DNA of 64,000 bases from contig NW_003526948.1 of the NCBI RefSeq assembly GCF_000181795.1, forward strand, positions 816,691-880,690. Direction: 5' to 3'. Each line of letters opens with the position of its first letter. Position 1 is the first letter of the stretch. Made by a program: the position numbers and the translations under genes. This document shows positions 26,301-38,002 of the stretch, piece by piece. This stretch comes from Trichinella spiralis (lineage: Eukaryota). The notes beneath the pieces were generated by a model, which did not search any database, was not told the DNA's origin, and was given only the letters and a program-made list of their open reading frames with translations.

Positions 26301-29300
26301 TAAACCAGAGTTATCTATCTATTCATTTAATTTGATTCATTTACGCAAACCATAAGCTGAGTGTAAATCGTTAATGCAAACATGATGCATTGTTTATGTT
26401 CAAATTGCATTAACTCATCTTCATATTGATAAAATGCATGATTCGAAAAAGAAATTTAGATAATATCTTCTCAATATAATAATCATTCTACGCTGAAATA
26501 TGTAAATAACTCCATGTACTGCTACAGAAAAGTCAACAAATCACATCTACGCCACAGACATTTATCAAGACATAAAACTCTACTTTGTTAAATATGCTAA
26601 ATGTTACCCTTTAATTAACAACGCACAGATGTTTGACGTTTCGACTTCTTGGCAGGAATAATGATTTGATGTTCAAAAGAGTCTGATGACATTTATCGCA
26701 CATTTTTTGGCTTTTGCTTTACCAAAAATATCATCAATAGTATGAATTTTTTAACATATTTTTTAAGCTTTCAAATTTAGTTCAATTAAATGACCTATTT
26801 TAATTATATCATATCATATCATATCATATTTAATATATACTGTGCATTATGTATTAACTATTTTCTCTTTATTTGGAAGCAGTGTTCATTTTATCATATA
26901 ATGATGAATATTGTACATGATTATTTGCTGAAATCTTACACATTTAAATATTCAGTTCACCGACCGCACAGTAAAAGAATATTTATCAGTTGTATATATT
27001 ATATTTTAGCCTTAGTTTTACACAAAGAAACATAAGTAATTATCTGCATACTTGAAAATGTGACATTGCGAAAACAATTTAAATATTTTTTCCAAATAGA
27101 TCATCACTTATCTTCTATATGTGCAATAAATAATTCTTCTCTCTTCGAATGTTTTCATCTTGATAAGAGCAGTGGAATGAAAAAAACAGCTATGAGCAGC
27201 TTTTCTTTTTACTTTCGTGTTTCAAAATTACAACATGATAATGTGTAATTTGGAAAACAAAAGATGTGCTGAAAACATTTACGTTTACACTTTTTTAATA
27301 GGATTATTTTTTATTCTTTTATCCAATCAAGGGGCAAGCAAACAAGCTTACATTGCAAAAGTTACGTCAAATGAAATGTAAGTGAATTTCGAATTGAATA
27401 TATATTTGCATATGTAATATTTATTCATGATGATGATGATGATGATTTATGATCGAATTCAATGAATGACAGACCTTCCTGTTCAGTAAGCAGTTTTTGA
27501 AAACAAACAGTTTGATTTTGTTCTCATAAATTATTACAAAAAATATATTTCCTACTTTGTTTTTTTCTAATTGTTGCCTGTGTATTATTTAGCAATTGAA
27601 AAAATTGAAGGTATATTCTGAACTTATGTTATTTATTCAATATTAAGTAGCTATTTAAAAAATTTTGACAACTTTGAATGATTCTAAATAAATAATTCAT
27701 CAATATAAAGACACCATATGTAAGCAATTGTTTTACAAAAAATGATTTGTGTTGTTCATTTACAGTTTTATATGTTGCTTTCTAATTATTGGTAATTTTG
27801 TACAATGAAATCGGGTACAGCTCGAATAAGTTCTTTTGATAAAAATCAAGGCAGATACATTTGTGCGGTCGGTGATTTATAGCGCTCAGTCAAGCAAACC
27901 TAGTTGTGTTCGCCTCAGGCAAGCAACAGCCAACGTTTCAAAGGCTGCATCATTTCATATAATAGAAATGCAGTTTACCTTCCAACCAATGTTCTTTGTG
28001 CCTTCTGCTAATTTTTTTCCTTATTTATTTATTTTTTATAGCTTAGATTATAATTTTTACTACATTATAGAATGAATTTATTAATTATTGTTCAATTTTG
28101 CTTAGACAGATAATTTTCCACTTAATTATTGGGTAAAGAGATCCTTAATAGTCTTTTCGACTTTGCCTTGCATTTTGTTTGTTTAGCAATGATTAGCTAG
28201 CGTACTTCCTTGTTGAAATGATCGAATTTATTGAAACGTGCGCATCTGTCTTAAAACATCTTTGCGTTTGCTTCACTTCTGAACAACATCATCGGCAACA
28301 TATTAAGATTTTCTTTCATATATAGAATGTTTTTGTTTTTCATTTCTCATTTTTCAGCTGAAGTATAAAAAGACAATAATAAAGAGCATTTTAATTGAAT
28401 GGATATTATCAGACTTCTTGCGATAATTAAGTAAACGGTTTCAACTTGTAGTCCATTTGTCATATGAAAAGCTCGTTCACACCAAAAGAAGCGTTGCACT
28501 AGCATTTGTTTTTGATTGCATATTGCAAATACTTTGTAAATAGTCGATTTTACGATCAAATAAATGCTTCACATTAAAATGCGAACACTTTGACATATTG
28601 AATATATTTTATTATATAAGTTTCTATTACATTTATGCGCATAACATGTTGAAAGGTTTGAATATATACATATATATATGACTAATGTAGTTTGCATTTT
28701 GTACATACATATGCATATATATATATATATAAGAAATTGTTTTTCTTCCTAAACGACTGCTGAAAAACATTTACTTCTTAAAAGTCCCAATAGAACAGGT
28801 CGAAAATTGATCATGTTTAATTTTGAGATTTTCTTTTTTGTTCATTTCAAGTTGAGCGAAAAGTTCAATTAATTCAATTGAACTATTGCCTGAATTTGAG
28901 CGGCTGTTTCGATTTATGTCGAGTAGCTTGCCAAGAGGTCAAAACGAAATAGCTTCTCTGACTAGCAACTAGAGCCAAAAGAAAACATCTTGCTACCAAA
29001 GTATGCATTTATTTCAGCATTCTGTTAACTCGATGGCCTTTGGCTAAGCTGAGCATCGCCAATTCAGTCTAAGAGAAATGGAGCCTCCGCTTGGTTTCTG
29101 CAAAGCGTGGGAAATCATAATTTCTCTTGCCATCCTATGCAATTGGCCAAGAAAAAAAACTGATTACAAAAAATATTTAAAAAATTTCTCGTTTAACTTG
29201 TCTATACTTTGCATTTTAACATTTCTAACAATTGCATCCGTTTTTTGTGGCGCTTTTAAAAGCTAAAATTATATTGGCTGTATTTAAAATTTTCATAATT

Positions 29301-32203
29301 TCAACATTAAGTTGCTATTGCCGATTGTTGATTGTTTGCATGAAATGTCTGTTTTAATGAATTATAAGGAAAAAGTGTTTTGGAAATGTTTGCTTAAAAA
29401 TTAATACCAAGTTGATGATGTTCTTTTAAAAATTCACCAAAGCAAGTTCACCGTTTAGTCTTAAAAAATTGATTATTCATTGCTTAGAGTTGCGTATTTT
29501 CTTCCGGTTGTTTGCTGTTATTCAGAAAAAACTGAATGACTTTGGTTTAAAAAGTATAATTATTGCTTATCCTTTGACAGTTTGAATTTTAATTGTTTTA
29601 TAATTTATAATTACCATTGGCTTTCAAATAATGCACCGTCACTCACGATAACATTTTAGTCCACAACTGGAAGTGTTGCGTCCAGTTTTTGCATACACTA
29701 TTAATCATGCAATCAGGTTCTTTAACTTTCAGAAATTATGCTGATAATTTATGAACATATGAAAAGTAAAAAAGGGGAGGGGAGTAAAAACATTGTGTCA
29801 TCATAAAGCTTTGCTTTAGCATTTGTTTCGACAAATTATGCTATTGGAAGAGAACATTTTTCTGAAAATGTTCTCCAGAGATAAGGTAATTATCGGAACA
29901 TCGATAGAGTCATAGTTTCGGCGTACGTTTCACTTTAAATGCATTATAAAATGCTAAGAGATATTTTGCAAGAAAAGTTTCATTCCATTTTAATAATGTA
30001 TCAGTGTTGTATTCAATTATTCATCAAGCAATTCAAAGAAAGCATGCCTTGCTGTAACTTTTCAAAATACTCTTTTTTCTTGCAGACATTTTCACACGAT
30101 TACAGTTATCATTGAAGCAGACAAAAAAAGAAGCGCAATCATTTTCAAATAAACGAAAATCATTTTTGTCTTATGCTTTTTATTTAAGATTGTTTTTCTC
30201 TACATATTGTTGCTACTACTTTCAAATGTCATAATGCTATACTTTAAATTTTCTTGATAATAGATACGTTCAATTTTCAAATGTAATTTTTACTGTTTCA
30301 ATTGAAGAAATGGATATTTGTGTTAATCAAAAAAAGTATTATAAAATATCTAATTAACAGTTGTTTGATAACAGAAAACATTTTCTGAACTTTTCAGAAT
30401 GCGAATGTGAAATTTGAACCACGTTCACAATATTTGGTTAAAAATGAATTAAACAAACAAAATAGCAAACGTATAGCAGCAGACAGAAGGAAGCATCAGT
30501 CGATATTGAGATTGAGAATTGCTGCAAAAAGTAGCAAAAAAGAATAACTTAGAAAACTGGTAATAATAATATATCGTGTGCTTGGTTACTTTGCAACCAA
30601 GCGTCACACAGCAGGCTATTTATTATTTGTAATCGAACGTCTCTCATATTGTACAGACATACATGTCAGGCTTGTTTTTGCATCCCTCCACGGCCTCTTT
30701 TATTTTTTATCACGGCTCTTCTCTATCCAGCTCGTTTCATGTGTCTTGTTTTCTTCATTGTTGTGTTCATTGGATGGTCATGAAAATTTGCGACCCATTT
30801 GCCATGTCGACTAGCTGGCTTGGTGTTTCTTGTCAAGTGAACATGTTAAAAATTTAAAGCACATCAAGTCGTGAAAAATATGCTTCAACACTGAATAGTT
30901 TATTTGTGCACTACTTGGAAATACCTTAGGAGACAATATTAAAAAATAAAAGAAGAAATTTTCTCAGTGGTATAGCAATTTATTTTGGAGGTCTTGTTTA
31001 CTGCATTTGCCTTGTTTGTTTGTCCATTGCTAGTGCTTAGCTTAACAAGTGGCTTTTGTTTAAGTACTTTCCACAAAAGCTTAACCGTGTACAGATAACG
31101 CAAAAATGACTGACCAGCTGTTTTATTTGATCATAATATAAGCTAACGGATAGATGGTATGTGAATCATACTAATGTCAAGACAATAGATAGACGAGGCG
31201 AGGTGAGACATAAAATGCAAACTGAAAGCAAGCCAGCTATTTGCTTAAGCTGATATTCATCATGCTTGTTTTTTTGCTGAACTTTTTTGCTTTAAATAAA
31301 AGTGTATCATTTATTTCTACTTATAAAAACTTGCGATGTTATCCTATTTCTAAAATTACACGAAGATATATGTTTGTGCATGTTATTTTATCAATAGTTT
31401 CTATATATTCAAATTTATTCGAATCAAATGACTAATGGGCAAAAAGGGAAAACAGACATAACAACTGATAAGTTATTTAGTGTTCATTCGAGGGTTAGCT
31501 AATTAATTTGGATCACACTTACTTGTAGACTTATTGCAGTCGAATGAGTGTTGCTTTTTTTATGCTGCTTTTCTGAACATTTCATATTTTAATATTGTTT
31601 TTCAACAACTTTTCCTTGTAATGCTACTGAGTTTGCTCAGAGGTTTGGTTGAGCAGCTGCAAACACTGAACGTCACGGTAAATTGGTGCCGCTAGCAAGG
31701 ACACAAAATTTACGACAAGCATGTCACCGACATTTGATAAACCGGTCACACCGCTGTCTGTCCGTTCGTTAAGAGCACAGCAGGGTGTCCCATGTGCCTT
31801 ACGAGGCTGAGAACAGTTGCATACCATGCTTCTGACATGTTTGCAAACCACGCCTTTTTTTAATTTTAATTTTTCTCTTCATGTTCCACTGACTGTGATA
31901 ACTTCATTTCATTGTTAATTTTTTTAAATAAAAAGTAATATACATATTTATTTCTATTTCTGTTTCGTTTAAGTGCAGTTTAAGATCATTTTTTTAACTT
32001 CAACAATGCAAAATTGCTTAAATCGAGCTGAAGAGGTCGCCAGTATCGTATTGATTGTGTGTTAAAGAGAAAGAAACAGCAAGAACGACTAAACGTCAGT
32101 GCGATCAAGCGATATTTTGCCTCGTCGTCAGAGAAGTCGTGAACAAACACAATTTATTCGTCATCAAATGTCCGTTTTAATAATATGGCTTAATTATTTT
32201 TGC

Positions 32204-32253
32204 TATTATTATTATTATTATTATCATTATTGTTATTATTATTATTATTATTA
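32204..32253. repeat. Imperfect (TTA)n microsatellite
   Basis: Direct reading of the sequence. Confidence 0.9.
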
Positions 32254-33254
32254 CTGTTAGAACAATAGAAAGATATGTTGCAAGCTAAAATTACTTGCTA
32301 GTTAGTTACTTGATATGAACGGGCCCAGTTCATGGTGAACTTATGAGAAAATCTGATGGTCACTTCCGTTAAATTGGCCGACAGTTGAGAACAAATGAGA
32401 AACTCAGCAACTGGTGGACGCTAACTTTGTTGCACAACAGCGAAACCAATGAGGTCGAACAGAATGTTGTTGCTGTTTTGGCAAGCTCAGGTTGGCATTT
32501 GTTCCAATTCTCATATTAGCGGAATTCCCATTTTTGCAAATTAATCACGCAGTGATAATGCAGCAGTAAGTGAAACTATTTTTTCTATCTGTACTAAGAT
32601 AAGATGAATATGAATATACGTAGCAGGTGATTTTCATCATATGACAGAGTTATGAAAACAAAGTGACATGAAGATGGTGTGCAGGTCAAGGCTCAGCTGA
32701 ATTTGACTTTGCGTGGGTGGCTCAGGTCAAAAACTTTTCAGCTTACTAAAATCAGCTTGGCTGAAGGGCCAATGGAAAAGAAATTTCAAAGAGTACATTC
32801 TTACATTCGAAGCATTTATATACGTTGTTCTTTGCTGCACAGTGCTGTGATGTCGGCCTCTTTGCTAGGTAGCGTTACTGACGTGTTTGTCAGTTGCTAT
32901 TCTGCGCAACAGCTTTTTAATTTGCTGCCACAACTTATCTTTCTTGATGTTTTTACTTAGCGGCAGGCTTTTGTTATTTTCTTCATAGTTATTTTGAAAA
33001 GTACATCCTACGATAGTGTATAAAATTTTAAATTCCCCTATCCGCAACTGACCATTATTTGCGTAACAAATCAGAAGCTGCTGAACATGTTGCTTTCAGC
33101 TAATATGTACCCACTGGAATTGTAGTTTTTTTTATCATCACTGAAAAGATGGAGACTGGGATCTGAACCGTGGTCGACTGTGTTTACTCGACGATCACTG
33201 TCACAGGCGTCTCGCTTGCGCTTTGTTTGCTCTGAACAATACAGGTTCACAATG

Positions 33255-33536
33255 ATTGGCTCACGACGAATCCATGTCAGTGAGAGAAAGAGAGTAGTTG
33301 TAAACGCGACAGAGAGAGGCAAAAAGATAGCAAGAGCCTGCTGTGCGGTCAGTTAGAGAGTTCGGCCAGCGGCTCTTACCCTAGCCTTAGCACCGCCCCA
33401 GCGATTAGTCTCAGGTCAAGCAGTGTTAAGCCATTGGATGTCAGGCACTGTTGATTGGTCACCTTCTGAATGAGCTTTATAACGACAGGCTGAATTGGCC
33501 ATTGCGTCCCTCCTGTCTATTGGTTTCCTTTTTCAG
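33255..33536 (+). promoter_or_regulatory. Probable RERE promoter/5' region with an ATTGG (reverse CCAAT) cluster, GA tracts and an upstream acceptor
   Basis: ATTGG at ~33255, 33433, 33454, 33494 and 33519; GAGAGA tracts at ~33282-33318; TTCCTTTTTCAG ending at 33536. A second acceptor, CTTTTTTTAG, ends at 33960, 51 nt before the ATG. Confidence 0.35.
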
Positions 33537-34011
33537 GACTATCACTGTCACCGTGATTGCTGTGGAGGACCTGCTTATTGTGTTCTTTAACATCCGTTTT
33601 GCTTTTATAAAGTAATGGAGGGATTGAAGAATGAGTAAACTTGTGAAATCTGGTCGATGCAGTGACGTTGCTTATTTTGATTGGACTGCACTGCGTTGAG
33701 CAGCGATTGCTTCACCTTTTTAAATTACTCGGTGCCAAAATGTTGTTATTCAGTACAACTCAATGTGATGATGCGTGATTTCTTCGTGCCCTGCGTTCGA
33801 TGCTGTGCTGCAGGCGAATTCAATTACTGCTGATTTGCCACGGCCGAGTTGTCGTCGTTGTTGTTGCTTAGTCCGTATGACGTGTCGCGCGCGTCTTTTT
33901 GCGTTCATTGGTTTTTAATAGAAATGAGGAAGAGAGGAAATGTTAATCCTCTTTTTTTAGTATTTCAATCAGAATCATCTAAAATTACTCCATAAAGAGC
34001 AAGCCATCAAC

Positions 34012-37000
34012 ATGGCTAACAAGGTAGTGGCGACAAGTAGAGATGAAGTGGATGAGTTGACTGCTAAAGGAATTCTTGAAGCTGAAACTGTTTTTTATCC
34101 AAGTCAAAGTAGTGGATCTAATCAGAGACTTCGCTGTGGCCAGCTATACCGTAATGTGCAAACTTCTGAATATGTTTGCTTCATTAGCCATGATTCTGTT
34201 CTTTATGTACCGGGAGGTAAGAGCACTTTTGATATTCTTTATAATTTTTCGAATTTTGCAGTTTAACATTTTTGGATATTTAATTATTTAAACGGATTAA
34301 CAAGCAGTACAACAGTTCAAAATATGAAAGTTCATTTGAATTTGTGCTATGTACAAATTTAATTTAATTTAACGAACATTTTAATATGCTAAGCGGCTTG
34401 GTAATTGGGATGAGAATGTTTTTTGTTGAATTGTAAGCGTTTTGATCCCACCGGCAGATGGCATTTGATTAGTGGAGAAACAATGGTCATCAGGGGCTGA
34501 GCGGTGCATAAGCAAGAATGAGAGGCGAGGTCGGGGCGCCCAAGTGGAACGCTTTTACCGACCTTGACCGTTGCTCGTACTTTGTCACTGTTGCGCGGCT
34601 GGCAAATGATAAAAATGACAATATCAATATTTGACTATCGGCGGTCACTGTGTACACACAACGATGTCAGCTTCTGCGATGGGCAAGAAAGTGTGAGCTG
34701 TTAAATTGACGTTTCAGCTATGCTGCAGAAGCAGAGTGAAGATAGAGAATGCAATGATGATGAACGATTTGTGCATAATTTATATTATTCTCACTACTTT
34801 CAGTGGCAGCCTCTTGTCTTCATCTGGTTTTATAGTTTATCGTACTTTAAGCGGACTGACTGCTCAAACAGAGCCTTCATGAGGCCAGTTTTGTTATGGA
34901 TCAAATATTATTTAGCATTCTTTATTGGAAAGTTCGTTCCGTTCAAAAAGGCTAATAATTGTAATCATTGGGTTTTAATATTGCCAGTTGGCGTATGAAT
35001 ATATGTTGTAGAAATAATTCTTGGCTGAAATCTGTTTCGTGAAGTTAGTACTACAGTTGCAAAGGCTGTTTTGCAAAAACTTGCAAATTCGCTTAGCTGG
35101 TATAGATGATAACACGGCATTGGCGTTTAATTAGAAAATTGGCTCTGGTTAAAATTAAATGCTTAATCACGCAAACAGCGCAGCAGTGTGACAATTTTTT
35201 GTCTAAAAATCAATTCACCTTGTTGTTTTCCTGATGTAGCGTCACTAACCGCTTTTGAACTATATGTAGGTTAGCATGCAAATAGTTGACTGGTGTTTAA
35301 CAAAGTAAACGCGCAAAACAGTGAACAGTAGAAAGAGTTTGATATGATGAAGTAAAATGTTCCAGTTAAAATTGTTCGAATGTTTCAGAAAATTTAAAAA
35401 TGACAAAAATAATTCGATAATGCGACTAGCGGTACTGACCTTTTCAGGTCAAAGAAATTTTGAATTTTCATTTCTAAAATTAGAATATTATACATTGTTT
35501 TTCTGATTCATTTTATTGTGTTGCTTCTACGGCGAATCATGAAATAGCATCACTGCAGTTGCTTTTTACCAACTGGCGTTTTGACAACTTCATTCTCACA
35601 GCATCATCTGTTCAGCTTCATCGGTGTTAGGATATAAAAAGGCGGCTTTGAATGTTTTTGATTTCCGCAGTCGACCACTGTGTAATGTTCATAAATGATA
35701 GGCGTCAGTTCGTTTTTTATATTAAATTTAAAAGCTAACTTGCTGCCAACCAAAGAAAATAACGTTGCCACTGCGGATAGTTGCGTTGTGCTAAACTGCG
35801 TTGCCAGTGCTGTCTCTGATTATATTTAGATCGATTGGAGCAGTTCTAAATTAAATGTAAATATACTTTAATTTACTACAGGAATAAAGCACCAGTGGAA
35901 TTTAGACAACAGTTGACCAGAAACTTTATTTAAACGCTAAATGACGTTAACTTTACTTTTTTCAGCATTTTTTATCTTTTACACATTCTTATTATATAAC
36001 ATTAACTTCGAAATGACAAATTTGTAAACAAATTGAAATAGACGTGCTTGATGTGTAAAATGTGCGTATGCGGTGCATTTTATATTTCAGAAAAAGTCAA
36101 AAATATCAATTTAATGCTTTCTTTATGAGGATGGAAGTGAAAATATTCATGGTCAATACTAACACACTAAACGGTGACGTTTCTCATCCAACTGCTTAAT
36201 AATGCTCTTTCCTCTAACACCTGCTTTGCAAACCGGTCTATTGTGAGAGCGGTCATTGCAAGCACTATACCAGTGCTTGATGGAACAGCGATAATTGTTT
36301 CAGGCTCGACTCGTTATTCTAGATAACCATGAGCTTCACGAACTGGTTCAAAATTTGCAGTTGCCATGTTTTTCGTTATTATTTTGTTTTGTATCATGCA
36401 TGGCTATTGAAAATGCAGGTGACGCAATTAAAAAGCTTTGGCTTTGGAGAAAAGGCAGGATTGATGACCACACGGTCAGACAAAGGTCAGGGGCAAAGTT
36501 GGCGTTGCTATGGTTGACCAAGTATTTGCATTGAATCCGAGGAAGAAGAACTCCAGCAGTGTGCCGCTAATTAGCCTGCCGCCTGTTCAATTAGCTGATG
36601 GTCGTTGATTAGCAATTGCTGGTCTGGCTGGATTCGATATACCCTTGGGGCAGCGGGTCGTCGAAACGTTACCTGATTACCGTTAGTGCTTTGGCTGGCT
36701 GGGCCAAAGGTGAAGACGTTTACGACGGCCAACTGAGCTAAATCGAAGATTGCTTTAAATGAGCTTTGTCATGTAAACACTTCACTAATGGTCAAATTAA
36801 GCAGAGCACAGCTTTCTAGTGACCGTTAGACATTATGGGTTGGTAATTAATTTTCAAGCACTTAAAAAATAGTTCAGCTGCGCTCAGCTTCAGGAGCTAC
36901 TTACATCGGAAATTGTAAAAATGCTTTGCTTTTTTAACAATATAATTTTTGGCGTGTAGTCGTGTGCTAGTTAGTCCAAAGGCACAGTCACAAGTCTGCT

Positions 37001-37960
37001 TTAGATACTCTAAACGGAAGCAAAGTTTCACCGTTTCGCTTCAATACTAACAACGCTGTCATTGCATTTCCAACGGGTCATCCAAGTTTTCCACAATGGA
37101 TATTTCGATGACAAGAGAAGGAGATTTAATTTCGAGGTGAAACGATGTTTGCAAGCAACGGGCGAGAAGCGATAGTCTGAAAATCGTCACTCAGCTGCTG
37201 CATTGATTTTTTCCTCCCCACTAACAAATATGTCACTGGAGATTCTAGGCTATTCTTTATTTCACTCAACTGACTGATGTAGCACCGCTGCGCGTTAAAT
37301 GTTGAAATGAGGTTTATCATCTTGATCATGTGCTTGGTTGTTTCAAATAGCAATATACTTTGCACTAAAACAGTAATAGAATATTGTAGTTCATGATTAA
37401 TACATTTGGAACACTTTTTAATGACAGTCATAAATCGAGTTAAACCTGAGCGGCAAAAAATGTATTGCAAAAAGCGCAGTGTTTGAGAATTTGTTTATGT
37501 AAAGTAGAAAAATCAGAAGTATGCATATCTTCTAACACCTGTCGTGGTTTCTGAACTTGAAAAAGAAATATCAATTTTTTCCAGTTATCAGTTTAGTTTG
37601 TTCATTTGAATTGCCTATAACTAGCCAATAAACTGGTGATTGGAGTGAAAAATATTTGCCAATTCAGCGGCTGAACGGATGACAACGGCGTCACATTTTC
37701 CTGTTTGCATCGCACGCTTTTGCTGCTATTTACTCACAGTCTATATACTATTAATAAACTTCAGGCATTGCTTTGTCGACACTGCTAATCATTCACGCAG
37801 CTATCCGTGATTAATGTACGGTTGAAATTAGACCAGTTAATCTCATTACTAATTTATCAAGAAATATTGTATCGAGAAATAAAACAAATCTTTGTAAAAA
37901 TGGAAGCTTTTGCATTTTAATGAACGTGATATGTTCAAATCACAATGCTAAGATCACAAA

Positions 37961-38002
<42 letters not shown>

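Noticed and set aside
24000..33000. Short ORFs in the Shaw-RERE intergenic region
   Set aside because: No recognisable domains, low-complexity AT-driven translations, and no consistent exon chain.
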